The translations under genes and the position numbers were made by a program. The notes beneath the pieces are model-generated. The model was given only the letters and a program-made list of their open reading frames with translations. It was not told the DNA's origin and did not search any database. This document shows positions 19,673-30,454 of a DNA stretch of 64,000 bases, piece by piece. Numbering within the stretch: the first letter of the stretch is position 1; each line of letters starts with the position of its first letter. Source of the stretch: an uncultured Candidatus Binatia bacterium (GTDB lineage Bacteria > Desulfobacterota > Binatia > UBA9968 > CAXXLF01); the NCBI GenBank assembly GCA_965218425.1, contig OZ244621.1, forward strand, positions 256,001 through 320,000, given 5' to 3'.

Positions 19673-20656
19673 CTACTTCCCGGGGTCCTTCCACGTGTCG
19701 TAATTGAGAGCCTTCACGTCGGGAGTGTAATTTCCGCCAGCGAAAACTCCCCGGCGCACTGGTCCTTTGAAGCCGTTTTCGCAGTAAAACTCCCAGAGGT
19801 TGCCCGATGGACTACGAAAGTACATGGCCGCATCCGTTCCGTTTCGGGTCCAGATATCGTGGGTCGGGACACCGTAGCTCTCGAGGCGCTCTTTCAGGGG
19901 TATGAGGTCGTCGGGTCTAACAAGTAGAGTGTAATGGGGGTATTCCGCATCTGGCGCCGTCCAGCCGCCCTTGGCGTTTGACTGACCGATCTGCTCGCCG
20001 CCCACCACAACCGTGACATGATCGGGTAGCTCAAACAGCACGGAGCCGCCAACGGCCGAAACCCAGAAACGTTTTCCCTCCTGCATGTCGCGCACGGGGA
20101 GGGTCATGTGATTGAAGCCTCCAGGTCGTACTTTGGGTAGCTTGGATTTGTCAGCGGGCGGCTGGAGCGAACGGTAATTTAACGCGCCAAAGTCCACGAC
20201 ATAATCGCCGCCGGCACGGGCTCCCAACCTGAGGGGCACCGCGTTGAAGCCCTCCGCACAGTACAATTCGAACTGATTACCCGACGGGTCACGGAAATAC
20301 ATGAGGGCAGCGGGCCGCTCTTTTCGGCCCCAGGGGTCATGGGTGGGAACGCCAAAAGCATCCAACCGCTGCTTGATGCCCATGAAGTCCTGTGGCTGAA
20401 CCGTAAGGCCGTAGTGGGGGTATTCGGCATCGTGAGGGGTGGCTCCCCCTGACTGTGGACCCAGGACAATTGGCAAGGTGCCGATGCGCACGCAAACGGA
20501 ATCGGGCCTGTCATCCACCAGGTCCCCACCCAAAACCTCCACGAAAAACTGCTTCGACAGGGGGAGGTCTCTTGCCGGAACACTGAGGGGACCAAATCCG
20601 TACGGAGTCACCGCCCGCGCGTGTTTTTCCTGCAGATCTTCTTCCTGTGTACTCAT
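19673..20656 (-). CDS. Tandem two-domain VOC (glyoxalase/FosA-like) protein
   Basis: Internal duplication: DAEYPHY, GVPTHD.W, MYFR.PSGN..E.YC each occur twice. Confidence 0.85.
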   Translation of the reverse strand: MSTQEEDLQEKHARAVTPYGFGPLSVPARDLPLSKQFFVEVLGGDLVDDRPDSVCVRIGTLPIVLGPQSGGATPHDAEYPHYGLTVQPQDFMGIKQRLDAFGVPTHDPWGRKERPAALMYFRDPSGNQFELYCAEGFNAVPLRLGARAGGDYVVDFGALNYRSLQPPADKSKLPKVRPGGFNHMTLPVRDMQEGKRFWVSAVGGSVLFELPDHVTVVVGGEQIGQSNAKGGWTAPDAEYPHYTLLVRPDDLIPLKERLESYGVPTHDIWTRNGTDAAMYFRSPSGNLWEFYCENGFKGPVRRGVFAGGNYTPDVKALNYDTWKDPGK

Positions 20657-20697
20657 GGGTCACCCCTTTTCTTACATGCCGTCACTTTTTGACCAAG

Positions 20698-20726
20698 ATT
20701 CTATTGATCCCGGCTGAGTTTGTCAA
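20698..20726 (-). promoter_or_regulatory. Near-consensus sigma70 promoter for the VOC gene
   Basis: Minus strand TTGACA-17 nt-TAGAAT. Confidence 0.75.
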
Positions 20727-20735
20727 AGAGAAACG

Positions 20736-20883
20736 CACTGAGGACTGATTAGAAAAGGATGACAATCGAGAATAGAGGATCGAAGATCGAAAAAGGGCTG
20801 AAAGATAGATCCGGACGCCATGCGCTTTGCGCTCTGCTCTTTGCCGTCCATCGACTGCGATAATCGGCGCAAATCTGCAGCTA
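20736..20883 (-). repeat. Composite repeat X, copy 2
   Basis: Reverse complement aligns by eye with 59540-59674 and 18246-18385. Confidence 0.8.
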
Positions 20884-20926
20884 AGTTTTTTCTTGAGAAA
20901 TTTAACCGTAGTTCGTAGTATGGAGT

Positions 20927-22025
20927 TTAATTGCTTGGGACCGCTAGGATCTTGGGGATGGCCATATCGTAAAGTCGCGCCACGTTTTCCCGAACCAGCT
21001 TCGCCCTTGTCTCGGGCGGAAGGTGCCCCAGATCCCGCGCCACCACTTCCCGCGAGTGAGGCCACGTGGAATTGACGTGGGGGTAGTCGTTGGACCACAT
21101 GCAGTTGTCCACACCCCACCAGGCCAGGTTGTGGGCGCCCACGGCGTCATTAAAAAAAGTGGCGCAAACCTGACGGTTGAAGTATTCACTGGGCTTCTTG
21201 TCTATGGTCAAAGGCGCGGTTGGACGGTGGCGACCAAAGTAGTAATCCCATTGTTCCAGCACATAGGGCAACCATCCAATCTCATTTTCCACAAGGACGA
21301 TTTTGAGGCGAGAATAGCGATCCAGAACTCCGGAAAAGATTAGGTCGAAAAGGGCGTTGCTGATCTCTGCCAGTTTCAAATTCACGCTCGCCCGGTAGCG
21401 CTCGATACCCTTGCGCTGCTCCCTATGCTTCGAGTAGCCATGTCCGGTGAGGATGTGGAGGCTCACCGGACATGTTCAAATCCTGGGCTGCTGCCCAGAA
21501 TCTCTCGTAATGGTCCGAGGTGAAGGGAAGTTCCTTGGGCGGGGCCTGCCAGATCAGCGCACCACGCAACCCGGCCTTGGCGCACCGTTGCAGTTCCTTG
21601 ACGGCGTGCTCGGTGTTGTACGTGGAAATCACGGGGACACCCACCAAACGGTCCAAGGAAACCTGACAGTACTCGATCAGCCAATCGTTGTAGGCCCGGC
21701 AGCATGCCTCCTGGAGGGCGGCTTCATCCATGCCAAACAGGCCTAACGCGTGGGTGGGGTAGAGGACTTCGGCGCTGACGCCGTCGCTCGCCATCTCTTT
21801 GATGCGGTGATGGGGGTCGGATCCTCCGGGATGAGTCTGAAATCCTTCTCCCACCTTCAGTTCCGGAAAACGGGGAGCCTTGTCGCGGAAGGCCGACGCC
21901 ACTCTCGTCACAATGGTGTCCGAGGGTTCCATCACGTGGGAGTCCGAAGAGAATAGAAGGTTCTCTGTGCTGCCCGCTGTACCGGTCCGATAGGTTCGCT
22001 CGTAAAGTCCAGTGTCGATAGACAT
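20927..22025 (-). pseudogene. Amidohydrolase_2 family gene with a 1-nt insertion near 21470
   Basis: SSDSHVMEP, EVLYPT, AYNDW; removing one base restores MPVSLHILTG; WSNDYPH. Confidence 0.85.
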
Positions 22026-22229
22026 AACACCTTGCCCCCATGGGATAAAAATATGCCGATCGAGGGGTAGTTTATCACGGCTTTGCGGGGAGTCAATTGG
22101 AGCGGCTACCAGTTTAGATTTTTGACAATGACTGAAATACCGCAACGGTACCGCGTGCGGTTTAGCATTGATCCTTGATGCGCCATGGGGTAGAAAGCCT
22201 TTCCCACGCAGCACGGAAAGGAGACGCTG

Positions 22230-22388
22230 ATGTTTTTCGAACTTCGCCAATACAAGATCAAACGTGTGGATCCGCAGCTTCGAGAGTGAAGAACAGCAGA
22301 AATGGTACCTTTCATTAACGAGTGGAACGACCGCTCGGCCATGGTTGTCACCCGCCTGGAGGCGACTCCCAAGTCGGTGGTTCAGTAG
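22230..22388 (+). pseudogene. NIPSNAP-family remnant with internal deletions
   Basis: MFFELRQYKIK, VWIRSFESEE and VVTRLEATPKSVVQ* in different frames within 159 nt; AGGAG RBS. Confidence 0.7.
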
Positions 22389-22481
22389 GAGAAATTTCCG
22401 TGGTGGTGATGGGCAGGAGCAGAGCGCATGGCGCAAAGCGTCAAGAAATCAAGTGCGCGTTTGTTTGGTTGGGGGTGGTGA

Positions 22482-22511
22482 TTGACAGCAGACCGAATCT
22501 TTTTCTAGGAT
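22482..22511 (+). promoter_or_regulatory. Sigma70-type promoter
   Basis: TTGACA-18 nt-TAGGAT, 7 nt before ATG 22519 (possibly a leaderless mRNA). Confidence 0.5.
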
Positions 22512-22518
22512 TAGGTCC

Positions 22519-22942
22519 ATGATTAATCTAGCCGAGAACGTCGCAAAAGTCGTAGACAATGCCTTGGCCAACGGATGTCCGTGCATACTCGCCTCCGCCT
22601 CTGCGGCTGGAGAACCCGATATCGAGTTCAAGGGGAGCATGATGGTCTTCGATAGCGAGTCCCTGGCCTATTGGGAGCGTACCAAGCGCGTGCATCTAAA
22701 GAATGTCTCTGAAAATCCGCATGTGGTGGTGATGATCAGAGATCAGAACGCGAAAGTCGCTTTGCGCTTTCACGGTGAGGCCACAGTTCACGAGAGCGGT
22801 GCGGTACCAGGTGATGGCGAGGGTGATCAAGCCGGAGCTGGATAAGGATCCGGAGAAAACGGGTCTGGCCGGGGTCATCCGCCTGTACCGGGTCACGACT
22901 CTGAGCGGCCAGGTCCTCCAGAGCCGCGAGCCTGTAACCTAA
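22519..22942 (+). pseudogene. Pyridoxamine 5'-phosphate oxidase-family protein, frameshifted near 22805
   Basis: PDIEFKGSMMVFD...NVSENPHV; continues in another frame as QVMARVIKPELDKDPEK...VIRL. Confidence 0.75.
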
Positions 22943-23134
22943 CCCAACGGCAGTCGCCTCCCTATCCAGGCCGGGGTTAACCGATGTTTCAAATGGGGGC
23001 AAACCGGTGCGGCTTCGCATCGGTTCAACAAAACGACTTGATAGCCTCCCCATTGCGCGCTATAAAAGCCATACTGATCTAACTTGGCTCCACGGGGTCA
23101 GCAAAATTCCCATTTTTTTCTGGAGGGACCAGGG

Positions 23135-24220
23135 ATGTCAAATCAATTCGCAACCAGAATCATCGATGGCGACGGCCATATTCAGGAGGACAACAAGGGC
23201 ATCATTGCCCACATGTCTTCCCCCTATCGAAAAATTGCAGAACGGAGAAACACCGTCTTCCCACCCCTGGATCACCTCCACGCCGGGCGTGCGGTGGAGA
23301 CACCTCCCGTCAGGGACGGAAGACCGGGAGTGGGTCCCAAAGGCTGGCTGGACTTTCTGGACGACGTGGGCATCGATTGGACCGTGCTCTACCCCACTCA
23401 AGCCCTTGCCTACGGTAAGATCGTGAGCCTCGACTACGCGGTGGAGGCCTCTCGCGCTTACAACGATTGGCTCCATGACACCTATTTGAAGTTCAATCCC
23501 CGCTTCAAGGGAATGGCCCTCATTCCGATGCAAGATCCCGAGGAGGCCGTTAAGGAACTACGCCGCGCGGTGACCGAATTGGGAATGCTGGGGGGTATGA
23601 TGCCCTCCAATGGACTACCCTCTCCCCTTGGCGCCAAGGTGTATTGGCCAATTTATGCGGAGGCCGATCGGCTCGGTTGCTGCCTGGCGGTCCACGGCGG
23701 GGCCCACGATCGCTTCGGTATGGATCAAATGAACATGTATGTGCCGGTGCACGCCCTGGGACACCCCTGGGGACTCACCATCAACTGCGCCAACATCATC
23801 TATAACGGCATCTTCGACCGCTTTCCCCGGGTGCGCATCGCCTTTCTCGAGGGGGGTGTCGCCTGGCTGCTGTTGTGCCTGGAAAGGCTTCATGCGTCCC
23901 ATGAAACTCACTTCCAACATATTCCTGAGGGCGAATTCGGTATAAGGGAAGACGAGAAGCCGAGCCAGTACATCATTAACAAAATCAAAGAGGGCCGCTT
24001 ATACATTGGCTGTGAGACGGAAGAGTTGACCATGCCCTTTGCCATCAAGGTGGTGGGCAACGAGCCCTTCATTTACTCCTCCGACTTTCCCCACGAAGTC
24101 ACCAACGAGAGTTGTAAACATGACATCGGCGAGCTGTTGGAAAGTGGGGACCTCACCCGGGATGACAAGGAAGCCGTGCTCTCGCGTAACGCCGAGCGGT
24201 TCTACAGCCTGCCGCTGTAA
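23135..24220 (+). CDS. Amidohydrolase_2 family protein
   Basis: IIDGDGH, VLYPT, AYNDW, AVHGG, FLEGG, SSDFPHE. Confidence 0.92.
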   Translation: MSNQFATRIIDGDGHIQEDNKGIIAHMSSPYRKIAERRNTVFPPLDHLHAGRAVETPPVRDGRPGVGPKGWLDFLDDVGIDWTVLYPTQALAYGKIVSLDYAVEASRAYNDWLHDTYLKFNPRFKGMALIPMQDPEEAVKELRRAVTELGMLGGMMPSNGLPSPLGAKVYWPIYAEADRLGCCLAVHGGAHDRFGMDQMNMYVPVHALGHPWGLTINCANIIYNGIFDRFPRVRIAFLEGGVAWLLLCLERLHASHETHFQHIPEGEFGIREDEKPSQYIINKIKEGRLYIGCETEELTMPFAIKVVGNEPFIYSSDFPHEVTNESCKHDIGELLESGDLTRDDKEAVLSRNAERFYSLPL

Positions 24221-24245
24221 TATTATTTACTAAGGAGGAGAGGTC

Positions 24246-25328
24246 ATGAACAACTGTCGCGCTGCCGTCATCACTGCCCATAACCAACCGCTGGAAATCC
24301 AGCGGGTCCCCATTCCCGAGCTGGAGCCTGGCGCCCTGCTGGTGCGGATAGCGGCCTCGACGCTATGCGGCACCGACGTCCACCGATGGCATGGCCCCCT
24401 GTCCCCCAGTGACTCGCTACCTATTATTACCGGTCACGAACCCTGTGGATTCATCGAAGATATCAATGGGGAACGCACCGACATCCTGGGCAACCCCATT
24501 AAGAAGGGCGACCGGATCGTATGGAGCTATGTCAGCTGCGGCCACTGTTACTACTGCACCGTGGCGCTTCAGCCCTGCATCTGCCGCGGCCGGGCATCCT
24601 GGGGGCATAACCGGAGCGACCAGCCTCCATACCTGTTGGGGAGTTGCGCCGAGTACATGTACGTCCCGCCCCCTTGCCAGATCATTCGTGTTCCTGACGA
24701 AGTCTCATCCGCCTCGGCGGCAGCCGCTGCTTGCGCGTACCGAACCGTGATGCATGGGTTCGACAAACTTGGCGCGCTCAAGAGTCATGAAACGGTGGTG
24801 ATTCAAGGTAGCGGCCCCCTGGGCAACTTTGCCACGGCAGTGGCGCGCGACCACGGGGCCAAACAGGTTCTGGTCATCGGCGCGCCGGCCGCCCGCCTGG
24901 AAGTCACCAAACGCATGGGGGCCGACTCCGTGCTGAATCTGGAAGAGGTCACCAATCCGGAAGATCGCCGTAAATGGGTACGTGACCGCACTGCGGGTCG
25001 TGGAGCCGACGTGGTGATCCAGGTGGCCAACAACATGGCGGTTCCCGAAGGTCTCACCATGCTGCGCGATGGCGGCAGGTACGTATGCATCGGCGCAGGG
25101 GGAAAGGCCGAGGTGGCCGTGAACCGTCTTCCTGGAGAGATGACATTCCACACCATTCGTTCCGGGGAGCCTCGCCACTGGCTGCAGGCCATCGACTTCC
25201 TGGCGTCACGTAAGAACACATTTCCCTTCGAGGAGATGATCACCGCAACCTACAAACTGGACCAGGTGAACGAGGCGCTACAGGCCATGGCAAGCTACCA
25301 GGTGGTGAAGGCGGTCATTAACATGTGA
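24246..25328 (+). CDS. Zinc-binding alcohol dehydrogenase (MDR family)
   Basis: CGTD, GHE, CGHCYYC...C, GSGPLG. Confidence 0.93.
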   Translation: MNNCRAAVITAHNQPLEIQRVPIPELEPGALLVRIAASTLCGTDVHRWHGPLSPSDSLPIITGHEPCGFIEDINGERTDILGNPIKKGDRIVWSYVSCGHCYYCTVALQPCICRGRASWGHNRSDQPPYLLGSCAEYMYVPPPCQIIRVPDEVSSASAAAAACAYRTVMHGFDKLGALKSHETVVIQGSGPLGNFATAVARDHGAKQVLVIGAPAARLEVTKRMGADSVLNLEEVTNPEDRRKWVRDRTAGRGADVVIQVANNMAVPEGLTMLRDGGRYVCIGAGGKAEVAVNRLPGEMTFHTIRSGEPRHWLQAIDFLASRKNTFPFEEMITATYKLDQVNEALQAMASYQVVKAVINM

Positions 25329-25442
25329 TAAAGCAACATGGTCGTGATTCGTGATCGCGCTCGGGTTCGCGAATTTCATTGAGATGTTCCTTCTCCGTTA
25401 GATTCACGATCACGATTTCCCTCACGGCTTGGCTTTCTAACC

Positions 25443-25855
25443 CTAGCCACGCTTCTGCGGGCCCGCTTTTTCAATATTGATTCGCATGGCGATCCGCCCT
25501 TCGGCCAAGGTCTTTTTCGAACGTCATCCCAATTTTTCGGCTCCCCTCTAATCTGGCGGCGCCAATCGAGAATGATATTCGTAGCCTGGGGCCGGGGAAT
25601 AATTTCCGCCTTACCGTCCACCCGGATGTACTTGGAACCGTGAAACTCCTCGCCAAAGACCAGGAGTGAAATCCGCGGGTTGCGCTTGATGTTTTTGACC
25701 TTGCAGGCGGTCTCCCGGCCGGTGATGATGAGATCCCCGTTAGCACCGATGGCTGGAGAGACCAGGGTCATCTGAATGGAGCCGTCTTTTTTCCGTGCCA
25801 CCAGCACGCCACGTTGCTTACCTCTTAAAAACTCTTTTGCTTCCGCAAGATCCAT
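25443..25855 (-). pseudogene. PPOX-class (F420-dependent-like) oxidoreductase, frameshift in an A-run near 25515
   Basis: KKDGSIQ, KVKNIKRNPR, YIRVDGKAE; adding one A gives KKTLAEGRIAMRINIEK...TAG. Confidence 0.75.
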
Positions 25856-26279
25856 ATAACCTCCCGAAAGATTTCTATCCGTGATCGTGTTGGTGATTCA
25901 TGTTCAAAAGCCCAAAGATGGGATGGAGCCGGTGATCCCATGTTTCCTCGACAGGTGAAAATGCTGCGGAAAGGAACGAATCCCTGCGAAACTTTTGTTA
26001 CGCGGTTACGTTGTATGTTCATAAAGACGCCATCGCTAGGCGGAAAGATGGTTTAACGTTTGAGTTCGGAGCCCAAGTTTAATCCCGTTAAAAATTGTCA
26101 TCCGGAGAGGTAATTACACGGGAATTATGGCCCAAAACCCGCTTCCCGGCCAATGGCGGAACCGTTAATTTCCTTGCCCGGGACTGAGCACCCTTTAACT
26201 CGGGAGGTTTTTCTACTAACTTTAATGAGATCGAGGGATGATTAGGGAATTTTCGATGGGTTACAGGAGATAAGGTTGA

Positions 26280-28721
26280 ATGCGCAAGTGGATGATAGCC
26301 GGAACCATTTTGATTTTCCTGTTTGTGATGGTTGTCCTGGCTCTTTTGAGTGCCAACTCATTGATCAACCGGAACCGGGATTACCTGGTCAAGAGAGCTG
26401 AGCAGGCATTAGGCCGGAAAGTTTCCGTTGGGAAAGTGGGTATATCTCTATGGAACGGAATCGGTGTACGGCTCAACGACTTTTCCCTTTCTGACGACGC
26501 TTCCTTTTCCTCCGGTCATTTCATTCGCGCCCAGGATCTTCAGGTAAATCTAAAGATCATCCCGTTGTTGTCCAAGGAAGTAGAGATCAAAAGATTGATT
26601 CTTAACAAGCCTATCATTGGAGTCCGCCGAAGCAAAAATGGCACCTTCAATTTCGCGAGCCTTGGAGGAACAGGCAAGGAAAAAGCGCCGGCGGGCAAAA
26701 CAAGAGAGCCCCCCAAGGAAAAGGTTACCGCTCTACCCCTCCTGGTTAGTCTGGTTGATATCTCAGACGGAGACGTTCACTACGTGGACCGTAAGGAGGG
26801 AATCGACCTGCGGATAAAAAAGATCGACTTCAGAGTGAAAGACCTGAATTTTGACAAACCGTTCTCCGTCTATCTGGCTGCAGCCTTGTTTTCGGAAAAA
26901 CAGAATTTCGAGGTTCAGACCCTGTTGGGCCCAGTTGGTCCACAAACCGAAATGGATCAAATCCCAGTGGAGGGCAGCATCAATGTGGACCCTATCGATT
27001 TCGGCAGACTCACCTCCGCCGCCCCTATTATCAAGGCCCTGTTGCCCAAAGACTTGAAATTGACCGGACCATTGAGGATCAAAGAAACGCGGTTGAAAGG
27101 GACACTGAAAAAACTGGCGCTGGCCGGGACCGTGGAGGGCACCGATACTTCCATCCAATTTGGCAAAAACTTCAGGAAGGATTCTGGGATAATGCTTATT
27201 GTCTCTTTTGCCGGCGAAATGACCAACAACAATCTCTCCTTTCAGCAAGCCAAGGTCACGCTACAAGGGTTAGAGCTCGTGGGTAAGGGTAAGGTGAAGC
27301 TGGGGATCGAACCCTTCCTCAATCTGTCCGTGGACTCCAACCAGTTTTCCCTCAAGGGTTGGGAAAAGATCATCCCCCCTATCCGAAGCTATCAACTTTC
27401 AGGTAACGCAAAGGTCCAAACGAAAGTGAACGGACGGTGGACGAAAGGTACCACCCCGCGAATCAATGGCACCATGACACTGTCGGGAGTCAACGCCAAT
27501 CCACCCCAATCGCCCCAACCCCTCAAGGACTTGAGCGCCAATGTAAACTTCACTGGAAACGGGGCGAACTTTAAAGAAACCACGTTGACCCTGGGGAGAT
27601 CCCGGATTCGCCTGGAAGCGGAGATCAAACGATTTTCTCCCCTGAGGGTTTCCTACAAGTTTTTTACGCCTGAAATTTGGCCGACCGATTTTCAAGTCAA
27701 TGGTCCTGCCGAAAGAAAGGCCGATGTGATTAAGAATCTTAGCAGCACTGGACAGTTGAATGTCAAAAACGGCAATCTCAATTACCAGGGGAAACTCACT
27801 TCCGGCCAGGGGACTTTCTACAACATTGCTTACAAGAAACTCGGAGCGGGCCTGGTATTGGAAAACAAAGTTGCCACCATCCGGGATTTTCGAGTCAACG
27901 CCCTCAAGGGCTCTCTAGAGGCTCAGGGAACCTATTCCTATAGAAACCCGGTACCGAGTTTCTCTCTTGCCAGTAAGATTCGGGGTCTGGACCTCAAAGA
28001 ACTGTACCGTGCCTTGGATCCCAAGGCACCGCAGGTTATTCAGGGAAACCTGAATGCCAACCTGAAGGTTGCCGGCAGCGGCAAAGCCTGGAAAGAAATC
28101 GAGCCGCGGCTGAGGGGTGAAGGGAACGCAGAGGTCATAGACGGCGCCCTGCTGAATTTCAACCTTGCGGAAGGGATCATTTTAGAAATTACCGGTATCC
28201 CTGGTCTTACTTCGCTCATCACGCCGCAGGTGCCGGAACAGTATCCCGAGATCTTTCAGTCGAAAGATACCAAGTTCAAGGAACTTAAAGCACTCTTCAG
28301 CCTGGGCGACAGCCGGATGAACGTGAAGGACCTCACAATTACTGCTGCAGACTTTACAATATTGGGCAAGGGGCGGGTCTTATTCAACCGCAAGACCGAT
28401 TTTCGTTCTCTTATACTATTTTCCCAGCAACTGTCCGCCGATCTAGCAAGAGCGGCTCGGGAAATGAAGTATATTTACAACCAGCAGAACCGGTTAGAGA
28501 TACCCTTCGTTCTCAACGGGACTCTCCCCAATGTAAGGCCGAAACCAGACTCCAATTTCTTAGCTAAACTGGTGCAACGGGGAGCGGCTGGAAAGGGAGC
28601 AGAAGAGATTTCAAAACAGATCTTCGGCTCGAAGGAACCTTCATCACCGCAGGAGTCCAAAGAAAGGGATGCAGTGCAAGACCTCATCCGTAAAGGTTTA
28701 CAGGGCATCTTCGGCCGCTGA
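26280..28721 (+). CDS. AsmA family protein
   Basis: N-terminal membrane anchor, ALGRKVSVG, GTFNF, beta-rich body, C-terminal IPFVLNGTLPNVRP. Confidence 0.88.
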   Translation: MRKWMIAGTILIFLFVMVVLALLSANSLINRNRDYLVKRAEQALGRKVSVGKVGISLWNGIGVRLNDFSLSDDASFSSGHFIRAQDLQVNLKIIPLLSKEVEIKRLILNKPIIGVRRSKNGTFNFASLGGTGKEKAPAGKTREPPKEKVTALPLLVSLVDISDGDVHYVDRKEGIDLRIKKIDFRVKDLNFDKPFSVYLAAALFSEKQNFEVQTLLGPVGPQTEMDQIPVEGSINVDPIDFGRLTSAAPIIKALLPKDLKLTGPLRIKETRLKGTLKKLALAGTVEGTDTSIQFGKNFRKDSGIMLIVSFAGEMTNNNLSFQQAKVTLQGLELVGKGKVKLGIEPFLNLSVDSNQFSLKGWEKIIPPIRSYQLSGNAKVQTKVNGRWTKGTTPRINGTMTLSGVNANPPQSPQPLKDLSANVNFTGNGANFKETTLTLGRSRIRLEAEIKRFSPLRVSYKFFTPEIWPTDFQVNGPAERKADVIKNLSSTGQLNVKNGNLNYQGKLTSGQGTFYNIAYKKLGAGLVLENKVATIRDFRVNALKGSLEAQGTYSYRNPVPSFSLASKIRGLDLKELYRALDPKAPQVIQGNLNANLKVAGSGKAWKEIEPRLRGEGNAEVIDGALLNFNLAEGIILEITGIPGLTSLITPQVPEQYPEIFQSKDTKFKELKALFSLGDSRMNVKDLTITAADFTILGKGRVLFNRKTDFRSLILFSQQLSADLARAAREMKYIYNQQNRLEIPFVLNGTLPNVRPKPDSNFLAKLVQRGAAGKGAEEISKQIFGSKEPSSPQESKERDAVQDLIRKGLQGIFGR

Positions 28722-28849
28722 ATCAGCTTACGCTCAGCTCTGTTTCCCTCAACTCTTGCTGACAACTTCTAGATAAAAGCTGACGCCGGCACACGGATTA
28801 TTGTTCAGTTGTCAGTGTTAAGGATCGATTAAAATTCTTTTCCCTGTCT

Positions 28850-28987
28850 TCGCTCAACACGCACCACTTAACACTGTCGCTCCTGCCTCCGACCCCCTAC
28901 TCCCAACACCCCACCCCGTAGTCTTATCGCTCTGCGGGCTGCACTTTGCTCTAGGCGCTAACCCTACAATCCTAGACCTGACCCCAT
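28850..28987 (-). repeat. Intergenic periodic modules, reverse orientation
   Basis: CTCAACACGCACCACTTAACAC, CCCCTACTCCCAACACCCCACCCC, CTAGACCTGACCCC. Confidence 0.55.
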
Positions 28988-29019
28988 TAGGGTTCTTTTA
29001 CCTTTTTACTTCGTACTTT

Positions 29020-30273
29020 TTACTTGTTTCCTAACCTGTCGTGCACCTGGGTTCCAAGGATGATTGCCGTGGCGCTGGCCATGAAACCTAGAAATCCAAA
29101 CGCAGCCCAGAATCCTAGGATAGCCGAGAGCAACGCAAACATGGAGGTACTGGCGGGCGACCCCACGGTACCGATGGTATGCCAAACGCCATAGAACTTT
29201 CCCCGGGCCTTTGCCGGCGCAATGTCGGAGCCCAAGGTCTGCATGTTGCCGCCTGTAATGCCGTTGCTGGCGTAAACGCAGATGTAAGCCAGAACAAAAA
29301 TATGGACTGGCATCTGGAAATAATCCGCAATGCCGATGAAAATCATGGCGACCGTGAGCAGCGAGAAACCAGGCACCAAAGTGGCCTTGCGTCCGAAGCG
29401 GTCCATGATGTAACCCGAGCAGATGGTGATGGGGATGCCAACGGCCGTCACGGCCGTCGCGAGGATCCCGATGGTCTGCGGCAACAAATGATAGACGTAG
29501 GCGCCGTAGAAGTTGAGCTGACCGGAAAATATGGGGCCCCGTGTCATTCCAGCAAAGAGCTGAGCAACAAAGAAAATTATGACCTGATAGGTGAACAAAG
29601 CCCGCAACCCCGATTCCTCGGTCTCCTGCTCTTTAGTCCCTTGACCACCGAATTTCCCCGTCAAATGGGGAGCCGTCTCCTTAGTCAGCTTGAAACTGGG
29701 GATGATCGCAATGAGGGACAGTAACGCGAGGGCAATGAACGGAGCACGGATGTCCCAGTAGCCGGCGAGAAGTCCCCCGAGGGCCGGTGAGAAGAGTCGG
29801 CCGGAATGCTGCATTGCGGCCATGGTGGTAATCTGGCGGCCCCGTTCCCGGTCGGCGCCGGTATCGGCGATCATGGCCAGCCTGCCCAGGTGCCACATCT
29901 GCTGCCCTACCCCACCGATAAAGCGATAAACAAGCAATTCGAAAAAGGAACGCGCCACGGCAACCAGCAACGAAGAAACCGCAAGGATGATGGGGCCGGT
30001 AAGAAGGATCTTTCTGCGACCGAGGCGATCCATCAGCAAGCCAATGGGAAAACTCGAAAGGGTGACCCCCAATTGGTGCACGATGATCACCAAGGAGGCA
30101 ATCTCAAAGGAGACACCGAAGGACCTGGCGTAGACGGGAAGCGCCGGAACAATGATCCCGGTGCCCACCGCAAGGGTCATGGCCGGAACATAGATGGATA
30201 GAAAATTTTGCCGCGAGTAGATTCCGCCACCACCACTAGCCACGAGCCGCACCTGCGGGAGAGGCAAAACCAC
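29020..30273 (-). CDS. MFS transporter (paralog of 39096-40346; start may be GTG 30243)
   Basis: Multiple hydrophobic segments; MDRLGRR and MDRFGRK motif A. Confidence 0.92.
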   Translation of the reverse strand: MVLPLPQVRLVASGGGGIYSRQNFLSIYVPAMTLAVGTGIIVPALPVYARSFGVSFEIASLVIIVHQLGVTLSSFPIGLLMDRLGRRKILLTGPIILAVSSLLVAVARSFFELLVYRFIGGVGQQMWHLGRLAMIADTGADRERGRQITTMAAMQHSGRLFSPALGGLLAGYWDIRAPFIALALLSLIAIIPSFKLTKETAPHLTGKFGGQGTKEQETEESGLRALFTYQVIIFFVAQLFAGMTRGPIFSGQLNFYGAYVYHLLPQTIGILATAVTAVGIPITICSGYIMDRFGRKATLVPGFSLLTVAMIFIGIADYFQMPVHIFVLAYICVYASNGITGGNMQTLGSDIAPAKARGKFYGVWHTIGTVGSPASTSMFALLSAILGFWAAFGFLGFMASATAIILGTQVHDRLGNK

Positions 30274-30454
30274 CTGGGATCAGGGGTTTGAATTTGTTAG
30301 CGTGCATCCTCATCCTCTCTTCTTCTTTTCAAATCGAAACCAAACTTTCAATCCTTATCATACTGGGAAGCCAATATGGAATAGCGACGCCCATAAGGTT
30401 GCAGGAGTGAAACCGTATAGATAGTATCCGAATTCCGCGGAGAAGGAGTCAAAC

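Noticed and set aside
25860..26279. Possible ncRNA or gene fragment upstream of the AsmA gene
   Set aside because: No recognisable motif, convincing structure or protein similarity by eye.
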